In this document: in pieces, positions 50,312 through 60,111 of the stretch
Layout: each line of letters begins with the position of its first letter
Numbering within the stretch: the stretch's first letter is position 1
DNA from: Candidatus Zixiibacteriota bacterium
Lineage (GTDB): Bacteria; Zixibacteria; MSB-5A5; GN15; JAAZOE01
Assembly (NCBI GenBank): GCA_043819555.1
Contig: JBDREQ010000063.1
Span: forward strand, 96,001-160,000
Direction: 5' to 3'
DNA length: 64,000 bases
The notes under the pieces: generated by a model
Databases searched by the model: none
Told to the model about the DNA's origin: nothing
Seen by the model: only the letters and a program-made list of their open reading frames with translations
Program-made: the position numbers and the translations under genes

Positions 50312-51259
50312 TCAATGTCCGATATCCGGCAATTCCATCAAATGCACCTGCGCCGTTATGGTTTTGTTAACCGGAGTTGAAATACCATGCTTGAGACCAT
50401 ACTCGACTATTTTTCCATTCAGATAATCAACTTCGGTTGGCGCTCCGGCATCGATATCGACCCACATTGACGGCCGGTGATGGCCGGCCTTTTTTAGATA
50501 TCCGATACAAAAATCAGCAAAGTCTTCTCTGAATTTGATGTTTTCTTTTGCGGCCACGGCCACCCCTTCATCTATTATACCCCGGACGATCTCAACCGAT
50601 AAATCAAAATCCATAACCTGCTTCATGGTTTTGCCGGTGATGGCGCACATCGCGCTGAGAGATGAGTTTAGAATAACTTTTTCCCAGACATAGAACAATA
50701 TGTCTTCAGGAATTTCAGTTTTTAAATTAGCGGAATTCAAAAGATTAGTAACAGTCTTGACCATCTCTTCAGATTTCGGCGACAATGCAGCGACATAGTT
50801 CGGCGGATTGAAAAAAGTAACATTGACGAGATCATTATTCTCGACGCCTCCGGCATAATTGACTACCATCCGCATTGCTTTCTCAGGGCCAAATACTCGA
50901 ACCGCTTCTGCTTCAGCATCAAGGCCATTCTGTGCGCACAGGACATACAATTTATCCGACGCGATTCGCGATAGCTGCGCCATTACTTTTTCGTTAGCAG
51001 TAGTCTTGACAGATACAACAGCCAGATCGAGATCATGCGTTTTTAGTTTATCAATAGAGGTACAAATATCAGAAACATCGGTTTTGAATTCAATTGTATT
51101 CGACAGTCTGATACCCGAATTCTCAATATTTTCCATTCGTTCAGGTATTATATCGCAGGCAACAACATATACTCCAGCTTTGGCAAAATGAGCCGCCAAT
51201 ACTGATCCGACAGGCCCCATACCAATCACGGCGACTCGTAGATTTTTATTTTCAGCCAT
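50312..51259 (-). CDS. Ketopantoate reductase-family (PanE/ApbA) 2-oxoacid reductase
   Basis: GMGPVG, VKT, QNG, WEK..LN, SM..D....PTEVDYLNG. Confidence 0.85.
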   Translation of the reverse strand: MAENKNLRVAVIGMGPVGSVLAAHFAKAGVYVVACDIIPERMENIENSGIRLSNTIEFKTDVSDICTSIDKLKTHDLDLAVVSVKTTANEKVMAQLSRIASDKLYVLCAQNGLDAEAEAVRVFGPEKAMRMVVNYAGGVENNDLVNVTFFNPPNYVAALSPKSEEMVKTVTNLLNSANLKTEIPEDILFYVWEKVILNSSLSAMCAITGKTMKQVMDFDLSVEIVRGIIDEGVAVAAKENIKFREDFADFCIGYLKKAGHHRPSMWVDIDAGAPTEVDYLNGKIVEYGLKHGISTPVNKTITAQVHLMELPDIGH

Positions 51260-51274
51260 ATATTTATCCCCCGA

Positions 51275-52687
51275 TTATGTTCCCAGTTTGATTTTTCTAT
51301 TATCAAATAAAGGTACCGCAAAAAACGTCAAAAGGCTTATTATCCAGCAAAAATAAATTGGATGCACCAGGCCAAAACTCTTGAAAAATGCCGGTATCTG
51401 CGGGACTAATAGCCATATTACCAGCGCCGCCATGGCCATCAGCAATGTCCAGGTCGCATGTGAGCGGCGGCAGATGCCGGGCCAGAATAAGGTCATCAAG
51501 GTTACCAGCGTATAAGCCGTCGTCAGGGTTAAACCGATAAGCAAAGTTTTCAATATTCCTGAAACGGATACGGCCAGTATATATGTGAATACGCTTAATA
51601 CCAAAATAGATAAGCGCGAGTAAACCCGTTCTTTTTGTTCAGACAAATTAGGCGAGAAAAAGCGTTTGATTATATCACCGACAACCAGCGTGGCGCTGCC
51701 CAACAACAAAGCCGACGCGGTCGATACATCGGCTGCCCACAGCCCGGCCAGGATTATTCCGGCGACAAATGGGCTTAAACTCAAGACCATGCGGGGCAAG
51801 GCTTCGGTAGGAATAATACCGGGATGCTGAATAGCCGCGGCGATGCCGATTATGGCGCTTACAAACCCAACCGGAAAAATTATAAAGGCTCCCAGAATGA
51901 ATCCATTACGCGCGGCTCTGGAATTTTTGGCGGCGAAACTTATCTGGACGATTGATTGCACGGAAAAAGTCGTCGTACACATAACGACGAACCAGGCAAT
52001 GATGAGTCCCCATCCCAACGCACCCAGATCAAAGCCGGGATGTTCGACCGGGAGTTTGGAAATTATCTCTCCGAACCCGCCAACTTTATCAACCGCCATG
52101 ACAGCGCCCAAAATAACTCCAGCGTAGATGAAAATCACGTTGATGATGTTAGTCAAACCTGCCGCCCAGAAACCTCCTATTAATGTAATACCGACGAACA
52201 CCACCGCCGTAACCAGCATGCCTGATTGAAAAGTGAAAACTTCCGGTAATAGAGATGACAGTATCGCTCCGCCTGCGACATATTGAAGTGATGTGATGAC
52301 TATCTGAAGTGTCAATTGACCAACAACGCCGATAACTCGCCCGGATGTATTATAATATTTTTCAAATAACTCAGGCAGGGTGGCTACTTCCAGCTTGCGA
52401 TATCTCTGTGCGGCGAACAGTCCGACTAATAAGGCACCGGCGGCCCAGGCGGCATTATACCAACCGGCTGAAATGCCGGAATTGTAAGCCCGCTCGGCGA
52501 CCCCGATAGTGGAAGCTCCACCAATCGCAAGTCCGGTCAGCAGCGGCGCAATTACCCAGGCCGGCAAGCGGCGTCCGGCCAAAAGATAACCTACCATTCC
52601 TCCCCGGCTGAGATGACGCGACATCCAAGTGATAACATAGAGTAGAATGATATAAATACATACGATTATGAGCGGAATCCAATTCAT
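51275..52687 (-). CDS. Sodium:solute symporter (SSS family)
   Basis: YLLAGR.L, IGG.ST.G, many TM helices, AA..STAS. Confidence 0.9.
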   Translation of the reverse strand: MNWIPLIIVCIYIILLYVITWMSRHLSRGGMVGYLLAGRRLPAWVIAPLLTGLAIGGASTIGVAERAYNSGISAGWYNAAWAAGALLVGLFAAQRYRKLEVATLPELFEKYYNTSGRVIGVVGQLTLQIVITSLQYVAGGAILSSLLPEVFTFQSGMLVTAVVFVGITLIGGFWAAGLTNIINVIFIYAGVILGAVMAVDKVGGFGEIISKLPVEHPGFDLGALGWGLIIAWFVVMCTTTFSVQSIVQISFAAKNSRAARNGFILGAFIIFPVGFVSAIIGIAAAIQHPGIIPTEALPRMVLSLSPFVAGIILAGLWAADVSTASALLLGSATLVVGDIIKRFFSPNLSEQKERVYSRLSILVLSVFTYILAVSVSGILKTLLIGLTLTTAYTLVTLMTLFWPGICRRSHATWTLLMAMAALVIWLLVPQIPAFFKSFGLVHPIYFCWIISLLTFFAVPLFDNRKIKLGT

Positions 52688-52751
52688 AGCCCAATCATCC
52701 CTGCATGATTAGCGATAAGCCATTACCTCCCCAAATAAAACTCTTACGCCT

Positions 52752-54830
52752 CTATATTTTCAAACGCGCATCAACTACCTCAACACCATAGCCAGCCTCA
52801 AACGCGAAGACCGGATTCAAATCCATTTCTTTGATTTCCGGGAAATCGGATGTAAGCTGGGAAATCCTAAGAAGCGTTTCGGCCAGCTTATCGATATCGA
52901 CCGCCTTTTCGCCTCTGAAGCCTTCTAATATCCGATAGCCCTTGATTGAAGAAATCATATTATTGGTATCCTGCTCAGAAAGCGGAGCGAGGCGGATCTG
53001 AACGTCTTTCAAAACCTCAACAAAAACGCCGCCGAGACCAAACATAATCGTCGCGCCCAAGCCTTCGTTTGCCTGAGCTCCGATGATAATTTCCTTGCCT
53101 TCCTTGCGGAATTCCTGCACGACAAATGAAGGCTTGAACTTGCCGAATTTCTTTGACATTTCATCGAATGCCGATATCAATGCCGCTTCGTCTTTGAGAT
53201 TGAGATATACTCCGCCCTCGTCAGATTTATGAACAATTTCCTCAGCATCAACTTTGAGTACCAATGGATAGTGCATCTTCGCGGCCTGTTTGACAAGCTC
53301 GTCCTTTGTTTGCACCTTAATAGTCTTGACTGTAGGAATCCCATAACTTTTCAACAATGCGAAAACATCGGCCTGCGGGAGGAATTTATCCTGCCCTCGA
53401 TATTTATCAATAATATCCTTAGCGGTTTTTTTATCGAAGTCGTAAGTTCTGTATTTGGGTTCTTCTCGCCGGATAATCCGGCCGTATTTTATCATTGCGT
53501 TCAGCGCTTTTGAAGCCGATTCCGGGAAATCATAGACCGGGATCCCGCTCTCGCGAATCAGCCTGACAACTTCGCCGAATTTCTCCTCGATTGTCAGGAT
53601 TATGCAGACGATTGGTTTGCTTGCCGTTTTACCAATCTCTGCCAGTTTATGCGCGACCGCTTCACAATCAACAAACGGTGGTGTGACAAAATTGAGAATT
53701 AGCGAATCGATATTAGGATCTTTCAAGAGCGCATCAACTGTCCCGCCATACTCTTTGGCCCCAGCTGTCGCGATAACATCGACCGGATTGGATACGATGG
53801 CTTCAGAAAATAAAAGCTCACCAAGCGTTTTGGATGTTTCCGGGCTGAGTTTAGCCAGTTTGAGGCCGGATTTTATGCATTCATCAACGGCAATGATGGC
53901 CGGGCCGCCGGTATTGGTGACGATTACGATATTTTCAGATTTTGGAATCGGCTGAGTGGACAGCGCGATGGCCGCTTCAATCATTTCCTGTTGATTATCA
54001 AAGCGCATCACGCCTGCTTTTTCAAAGATGGCATCAGCCAGAGTATCCTGCTCGATAAGCGAACCGGTATGAGATGCCACAGCGGCGACGCCTTCGGTGG
54101 TACGTCCGGTTTTGACAGTCAATATCGGAGTGTTTTTGGTTACACGGTTGGCAACTTCGAGAAATCCGGCCGGGTCTTTAATAGTCTCAATGTGAGTCAT
54201 GATGACTTTGGTGCCTTCATCCTGACCATAATAATCAATGATTTCATTCATGCTGACATCAGCCTCGTTGCCAAAGCTGGCATACATCCGCGTACCGATT
54301 CCGATATTATAAAGCTGTAGTTTCAGAGTTTCGCCAACCCCGCCGCTTTGCGCTACGATAGAGATATTTCCCGCTATTTGAGGCACAAAAGTGAAGTTAG
54401 CATACACGGAAACATCGGGATCGGAATTTTGTATGCCCTGCGAGTTAGGGCCATAGATTCGCATGCCATATTTATGAGCAACTTCGACTATCTTCTTTTC
54501 AAGCTCAAATCCTTCTTTACCGACTTCCTTGAATCCGGCTGTATGGACAATTGCGTATTTAATGCCCTTTCTGCCGCAATCTTCCAAAACGACCGGTACC
54601 AAAGTGTTTTTGATCGATATATTGACTAGATCGATTTCATCGGGTACATCCATAACCGATGCGTAGGTCTTAAAACTTTTAATATGTTTCGATTTGGGAT
54701 TGATAGGGTAGATAGGGCCCTTAAAGTTATGGTCAACCAGATTTTGTATAACGATATGGCCAATACTTAAAGGATTATTTGAAGCTCCAATAATTGCCAC
54801 TGACCTGGGCTTGAACAAACCGTCAAGCAT
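52752..54830 (-). CDS. ADP-forming acyl-CoA synthetase (fused alpha-beta ACD family)
   Basis: PRSVAIIGAS, GPNSQG, SHTGS phospho-His, NPVD, ATP-grasp HKSDEGGV, MDLNP. Confidence 0.9.
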   Translation of the reverse strand: MLDGLFKPRSVAIIGASNNPLSIGHIVIQNLVDHNFKGPIYPINPKSKHIKSFKTYASVMDVPDEIDLVNISIKNTLVPVVLEDCGRKGIKYAIVHTAGFKEVGKEGFELEKKIVEVAHKYGMRIYGPNSQGIQNSDPDVSVYANFTFVPQIAGNISIVAQSGGVGETLKLQLYNIGIGTRMYASFGNEADVSMNEIIDYYGQDEGTKVIMTHIETIKDPAGFLEVANRVTKNTPILTVKTGRTTEGVAAVASHTGSLIEQDTLADAIFEKAGVMRFDNQQEMIEAAIALSTQPIPKSENIVIVTNTGGPAIIAVDECIKSGLKLAKLSPETSKTLGELLFSEAIVSNPVDVIATAGAKEYGGTVDALLKDPNIDSLILNFVTPPFVDCEAVAHKLAEIGKTASKPIVCIILTIEEKFGEVVRLIRESGIPVYDFPESASKALNAMIKYGRIIRREEPKYRTYDFDKKTAKDIIDKYRGQDKFLPQADVFALLKSYGIPTVKTIKVQTKDELVKQAAKMHYPLVLKVDAEEIVHKSDEGGVYLNLKDEAALISAFDEMSKKFGKFKPSFVVQEFRKEGKEIIIGAQANEGLGATIMFGLGGVFVEVLKDVQIRLAPLSEQDTNNMISSIKGYRILEGFRGEKAVDIDKLAETLLRISQLTSDFPEIKEMDLNPVFAFEAGYGVEVVDARLKI

Positions 54831-55608
54831 CGAGACCTCCTTTGCCGTTTATAGAATAAAGAGCCGCTCCAAAAGCTCCTGTTAACTGAGGATGAGGGGG
54901 AACATGAACTTTTTGCCCGATTCTTTCCTCGAACATTTTTACCAGATAGGGATTATGGGCGATAACGCCCCCGCTCATCACGATATTCCCGTCCATAGTA
55001 TCCATTTCCAAAACTCTTTTTATAACTGAAATAAAAATGCCCTTAACGATATCCGCGACCGCAACTCCTTCTCGAATGCGCGCCAAAATTTCCGTTCCGG
55101 TAAAGACAGTGCAATAACTGCCAATGGGAACAGTATTTTCCGCTCTTTCAGCCAATTCGTTTAATTGTCCCAGAGGAATTCTCAGGCGGTTGGCGATTTC
55201 TTCCAAAAACGCGCCTGTGCCGGCGGCGCATTTGCGATTCATTTTGAAATTTGTACGTTTTCCGCTATCATCGATTTTTATAGTTTTGCTATCCTGTCCG
55301 CCGATGTCAATCAAAGTCTGGGTAAAGGGGAAATAATGATAACTACCCGCTGCATGACAACTGATTTCGGTCATGGTTCCCCTCGCGAATGGGATATTGT
55401 TGCGTCCATATCCGGTAGCGGTAACGATTACACCATCGGGATTTTTACATTGGCACATATCACAGGCGGCGCCAAAAGCCTGTTTGCCGGCTTTTTCAAA
55501 ATCGGCCCCCGAATCGACAACAGCATTTCCGATGATTTCACGGTTATCATCAATAATGACAGCCTTGGTTGTTGAGGCCCCGATATCAATTCCTGCGTAA
55601 TAATCCAT
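54823..55608 (-). CDS. HgdC/FldI-type ATP-dependent dehydratase activase
   Basis: GIDIGASTTK, TGYGR, DIGGQD.K, MN.KCAAGTG, CTVF. Confidence 0.92.
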   Translation of the reverse strand: MDYYAGIDIGASTTKAVIIDDNREIIGNAVVDSGADFEKAGKQAFGAACDMCQCKNPDGVIVTATGYGRNNIPFARGTMTEISCHAAGSYHYFPFTQTLIDIGGQDSKTIKIDDSGKRTNFKMNRKCAAGTGAFLEEIANRLRIPLGQLNELAERAENTVPIGSYCTVFTGTEILARIREGVAVADIVKGIFISVIKRVLEMDTMDGNIVMSGGVIAHNPYLVKMFEERIGQKVHVPPHPQLTGAFGAALYSINGKGGLDA

Positions 55609-55642
55609 AAAATATCGATTTATCTATAATGCATCGCGAAAT

Positions 55643-56887
55643 TTATCTTGAATCCAATTGTTCGATAAAGGCTTCAATATTGGTTTTCGCCTGTTCTTCC
55701 GAATAACATCGCAAATCGTTGAGATCGCCATTGATTGTCAGCGTCGGTATGCTCAGTTTCTTCGTCAACCGTTCGGGCATGCCGTAACGGCAGTTGGAAT
55801 TATTAGGGCAAGTTTTGGAATCATGAAATACGATTCCATCAAGTTTAAATCTATCCACAATATCTTCGATATATTTTTCCTTGAAATCCTCATCACGAAC
55901 GATAAATATCTCAGTGTAGGCGCGAGCCATGCTCAAGAATGGGTCTTTAGGATCAAAGGCATTGAATATCCAACTATTGCAATAGGTCGATGCGATAACG
56001 GCCGTATTAAAACTGATAAAAAATTCGGACAGGTCGCGGAGCTTGCCCCAGATCGGCATACCTTCCCAGTAAAGTCTAAATTTTTCATCTTCGACCGCGC
56101 CGGTATTATTTGCGACTCGTTCTTCCAGTTCTTTAAGAAGCAGCTCGTAATACTCGTTGGCAGTATTTGATCCCCGCAGTACAACCGCCGGACCCATGTG
56201 AATAGTGGCGTCGAAGAAACTCATCGGTGCGGGCGAGGCAGTATTAGTTTCCAAAACTTTTTTCCACAATTCACTGCATTTTTTGGAACGAGCCATGACT
56301 TCCCTAAATTTATCGATATCAAATCTATTGCCAGAAATTTTCTCGAGTGTCGGGATCAGTTCTTTTATCTGATGAACGATGCCGGATAAAACGCCGTCGG
56401 ATACGTCTCCGATATTCCGAAAAGTGGAAATTCCGATTATGGGAGCGTTAAACTCTCTCGCGTACCACGATAACCAATCCTGAACATCGCGGCATTGATT
56501 GGTGTTAAATACTAAAACATCCGGTTTGGGAACCCCTTCGATGCCTTTGTAAGCCATAGATAACGGCGTTTGTTTTTTCAAATAGGAACCGATATCGCTG
56601 GTCAGGTATGAGCAGATATCCGGAGAATAACCAATCGCGTTTGCGGCGGGGATTAAATTGGGCGCCATTCTCGTCGCCCCCAGCATGGCGCCATGATTTT
56701 CGGGATAATAGACTTTGAATCCCATGCTCAATAAAAGCTCGGCCGGGCCAACGCTGGTGCACCAGGCGACTTTTTGAGAATCATCCTGAGCGGCGGCATC
56801 CAGTTCATAAAAATAATCCGCCATTATTTTTTTCAACTGTCCGGTAGCGGCGATTTTTTTTATGCCAGTTTTTTTCTCTTCGCCCAT
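55643..56887 (-). CDS. 2-hydroxyacyl-CoA dehydratase alpha-type subunit (HgdA/FldB/HadB family)
   Basis: YYPENHGA, DICSY, NQC, H..KTC, TNIEAFIE. Confidence 0.85.
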   Translation of the reverse strand: MGEEKKTGIKKIAATGQLKKIMADYFYELDAAAQDDSQKVAWCTSVGPAELLLSMGFKVYYPENHGAMLGATRMAPNLIPAANAIGYSPDICSYLTSDIGSYLKKQTPLSMAYKGIEGVPKPDVLVFNTNQCRDVQDWLSWYAREFNAPIIGISTFRNIGDVSDGVLSGIVHQIKELIPTLEKISGNRFDIDKFREVMARSKKCSELWKKVLETNTASPAPMSFFDATIHMGPAVVLRGSNTANEYYELLLKELEERVANNTGAVEDEKFRLYWEGMPIWGKLRDLSEFFISFNTAVIASTYCNSWIFNAFDPKDPFLSMARAYTEIFIVRDEDFKEKYIEDIVDRFKLDGIVFHDSKTCPNNSNCRYGMPERLTKKLSIPTLTINGDLNDLRCYSEEQAKTNIEAFIEQLDSR

Positions 56888-57006
56888 TATTTACTCCCGA
56901 TTATTTTCGTTATGATTGGGTATTCCAAAATTTCTTCCCACCCAGATAGTACAGTATAAGCTTTAAATAACTAAATTTACGGCCAATATTCAAGAGGCTC
57001 GGCCAA

Positions 57007-57225
57007 TTAATTTTTCTTCCGCGTAAAAATCATTACGGTTTTGTCGTTTTTATCCTCAAAACATACGTTACAGCCGCCGCAATCAAGATCGCGAACCGCT
57101 ACGGTTTTGATTTCGAATCCCAGCATCTCATAATTCTCAAGCGCTTCTGCAAGCCTTGGACCCGATGCTGTAAATTGAGGATTCCAGCCGTCCGCTTTCA
57201 ATTTTTCAATAGATATGTTATCCAT
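57007..57225 (-). CDS. Small CxxCxxC hypothetical protein
   Basis: 72 aa; CGGCNVC; ATG overlaps the stop of the bzdV-like gene. Confidence 0.65.
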   Translation of the reverse strand: MDNISIEKLKADGWNPQFTASGPRLAEALENYEMLGFEIKTVAVRDLDCGGCNVCFEDKNDKTVMIFTRKKN

Positions 57226-59753
57226 CAGAAAAGATCATCCAAATCATCTTCCCCGCCGCCACCGCCCGGCATTTCTCCATGCTCCTGCAAATATTGCTGA
57301 ATAAGTTCGCTTTCGCGTTTGGTGTACATCGGATCTTCTTCCCAGATAAACCACCTGGCTTCACCGGGATTTCCCAGACATTCGCTCAGGCCGTTACGGA
57401 TATTACTCACGCCCGAAATGCGAATAACTTTTTTACTCTCATCCAGCAATCGAAAAACACCTTCAGCATTGGGCAGGGATTCAATCGATTCTTGATTTAA
57501 CGGAAGCCACGGTTCAGGTGGTAAAGTCACCGGAGATATTCTTTGCCTTTGATAGCATTGCAGACAACGCCGTGACTCACGGACGGCATGCTCTTCATCC
57601 ATCGTAACAGTTATTAGATTAAAATTGCTTTTTCTTTTTTCCGGATTGACCGAATCAACCACTGTTCGAGAATGCTGGAATGCATCATGCGGGATTTCTA
57701 TTCGGGAATACTCGTATTCCGAGTTGTTAAAATCAGGTTCTGGGATTCCCGAACCTCCGAGAAATTTGTCAATTCGGTCGACCGCAATTCGTCCTTCGGC
57801 AATGGCATCAATGACCGACGTCGGCCCCCGCATAACATCGCCGGCGACAAAAACATTTTCTGATACTTCAATATCAATGGCCTGCTCGATGTTTATTCCG
57901 AATTTATCTGAGAAATAACTGTTTAACTTTTCATCAACTTCCTGCCCAATAGCGACGATGGCTGCCTCGGCGGCAATTTCTTTGCTTTCGTTTTCATCAA
58001 ACTGAGGATTAAATCGGTTTTTTTCATCAAAGACTCGTGTACAACGAATGAATTCTATTCCGGCAAGTTTTTCTCCGTCGCTGATGAATTTTCTTGGGCC
58101 CCAGGAATTCTCAATTTTGATTCCTTCCTCTTCGGCCTGTGCTATTTCCCACTTATGAGCAGGCATTTCTTCTCTGGATTCAAGGCAAACCAAAGTTACT
58201 TCATTGGCACCCAACCTGCTGGCTGTCATGGCGGCATCAATAGCGACATTCCCTCCGCCGATGACTATTACTTGTCCGGTAAGTTTTGGTTCATGCGACA
58301 GTTTGGCTGACTTTAGAAAATCCAGTGCTGGATAAATACCGTTTAAATTCGAATTTTCGATATTTAATATTTTACTTGCCGATACACCCGCCGCAATTAG
58401 CATCGCATCGTATCCATCAGCTTTTAATTTGTCTATTCCCGCCGTATCGCCAAATTCATTATTAGGATGAATTTTAATTCCCAGTTTTTCGATAGTTTTC
58501 AATTCACGGTCAAGAATATCCTGCGGCAATCTATAATCAGGAATGCCATGGCGGAGCATCCCGCCCGGCTGGTTTTCCTTTTCAAATATCTCAACCGCAT
58601 GGCCCTGCATTGCAAGATAATAGGCCGATGTCAATCCTGCCGGTCCAGAACCGATAATCGCGATTTTTTTTCCAGTACTTTGTTTTTTATTTGATAACAG
58701 AAAATCAAGATGCCCGACTTTCTCGGCCGCAAAACGTTTCAGATCGCATATCGCTACCGGCTTATCGATCTCACTTCGGCGACAACCAGATTCACAGGGA
58801 TGAAAACATACATACCCAAGAATACCCGGAAAAGGAACCTTGGCGCAAATTACTTCAAGCGCCTTTTGATATTCGCCTCGTGCGATAAAATGCAAATAGC
58901 GGGGAATATCAATCCCGGCCGGGCATGAAGAAACGCAGGGGAGAGCCTTACCGGCCTGAACCGGAGTTACACCTTCTTTATCGCGCATGGCTCCCGTTGG
59001 GCAAATTTCGATACATGCTCCACAGTTGCGACAAATACTTTTTTCTGAATCTGTTTCGTCATTGAAACCAATCCAGGCGCCGCTATCTTTCCAGACAGCT
59101 CCGAGAATATCTGCTTGATGAATATCATCGCAAATTCTGACGCATCGCAGGCATCCAACACATAAATTATAATCGCGGATAAAGAACGGTACATTGGATG
59201 AAATTGGCCGGTTTTGTGGAATATACTTTGGCGTTTCACCGGGAATGCCGATGTAATCGCTGATTTTTTCAAGTTCGCAATGTCCCAATAGGGGGCAGCA
59301 TCTTTCATTCACAGGAACATTTGATGAGCAATCGGTACGGCTGCATCCTTCTTTTTGGGCGCAGGTCAGACAGGCATGGGGGTGATCTGATAAAATCTTA
59401 CTTAAGGAATCTCGGCGTTTTTTGATTAATTTTTCAGATGTAGTGGAAATGTTCATCCCATCGATGACTTCAGTCACACAGGAATTCACCGGTTCCGGTT
59501 GGCCATCAACTTCAACAATACATAAATTACAATGGCCGTTTTCTCCCGCTGATTCGTCTGTTTTCTCCGAGTTGATTTCAATATTTGTCTGATATATCGA
59601 GTCGGCCCACGTGACTTTATCTGAGGGAGAAATATCGGGATGGTGACACAAACGCGGGATATAGATCCCTGCGCCGTCGGCAACTTCGAGGATTGTTTTT
59701 CCCTCTGCAGACGAGACACTCACACCATCGATATTTATTTTGATATCAGGCAT
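57225..59753 (-). CDS. bzdV: BzdV-like NAD(P)H-dependent Fe-S flavoprotein oxidoreductase
   Basis: N-terminal 2Fe-2S/4Fe-4S module, two ferredoxin motifs, GltD-like CPAGID and GSGPAG/GGGNVA, extra ~100 aa C-terminal domain; follows bzdM. Confidence 0.72.
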   Translation of the reverse strand: MPDIKINIDGVSVSSAEGKTILEVADGAGIYIPRLCHHPDISPSDKVTWADSIYQTNIEINSEKTDESAGENGHCNLCIVEVDGQPEPVNSCVTEVIDGMNISTTSEKLIKKRRDSLSKILSDHPHACLTCAQKEGCSRTDCSSNVPVNERCCPLLGHCELEKISDYIGIPGETPKYIPQNRPISSNVPFFIRDYNLCVGCLRCVRICDDIHQADILGAVWKDSGAWIGFNDETDSEKSICRNCGACIEICPTGAMRDKEGVTPVQAGKALPCVSSCPAGIDIPRYLHFIARGEYQKALEVICAKVPFPGILGYVCFHPCESGCRRSEIDKPVAICDLKRFAAEKVGHLDFLLSNKKQSTGKKIAIIGSGPAGLTSAYYLAMQGHAVEIFEKENQPGGMLRHGIPDYRLPQDILDRELKTIEKLGIKIHPNNEFGDTAGIDKLKADGYDAMLIAAGVSASKILNIENSNLNGIYPALDFLKSAKLSHEPKLTGQVIVIGGGNVAIDAAMTASRLGANEVTLVCLESREEMPAHKWEIAQAEEEGIKIENSWGPRKFISDGEKLAGIEFIRCTRVFDEKNRFNPQFDENESKEIAAEAAIVAIGQEVDEKLNSYFSDKFGINIEQAIDIEVSENVFVAGDVMRGPTSVIDAIAEGRIAVDRIDKFLGGSGIPEPDFNNSEYEYSRIEIPHDAFQHSRTVVDSVNPEKRKSNFNLITVTMDEEHAVRESRRCLQCYQRQRISPVTLPPEPWLPLNQESIESLPNAEGVFRLLDESKKVIRISGVSNIRNGLSECLGNPGEARWFIWEEDPMYTKRESELIQQYLQEHGEMPGGGGGEDDLDDLF

Positions 59754-59829
59754 TAGCGACTGACTTTCAATTATAAGAATCCCGTCCTGGCCGCCCCAAT
59801 AAAGCGGTCAGGATAAACGAAAAATGCTA

Positions 59830-60111
59830 TTACCACGAATGCGAAACCGCTTCGAGGGTACAAGCCTCAACGCATGGCAGAGGCGGTCGTTCTCCGGTCG
59901 GTTTGCACGGGCCGCAATCGTATTTCACTTTTTTGCGAAACTCTTCCTTGATCGCCGCGACTTCATCATCATAATCGTCCACAATCATTTCAAACATACC
60001 GATCGGACAGGCCGAAATGCAGGCATGATGTTCACATTCGATGCACTTATCGGTATCGATAGTAATGAAAAAATCACCGCTTCCATCCATATATCCATAG
60101 TTAGCTTTCAT
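59830..60111 (-). CDS. bzdM: Benzoyl-CoA reductase-associated ferredoxin
   Basis: ANYGY.DGSG.FFITID, CIEC..C..ACP, CGPC..PCVEAC; directly after bzdQ. Confidence 0.82.
   Translation of the reverse strand: MKANYGYMDGSGDFFITIDTDKCIECEHHACISACPIGMFEMIVDDYDDEVAAIKEEFRKKVKYDCGPCKPTGERPPLPCVEACTLEAVSHSW

Noticed and set aside
59785..59813. Hairpin between bzdM and bzdV as a terminator
   Set aside because: The stem has a mismatch on the coding strand and no U-tract; at most an mRNA stability element
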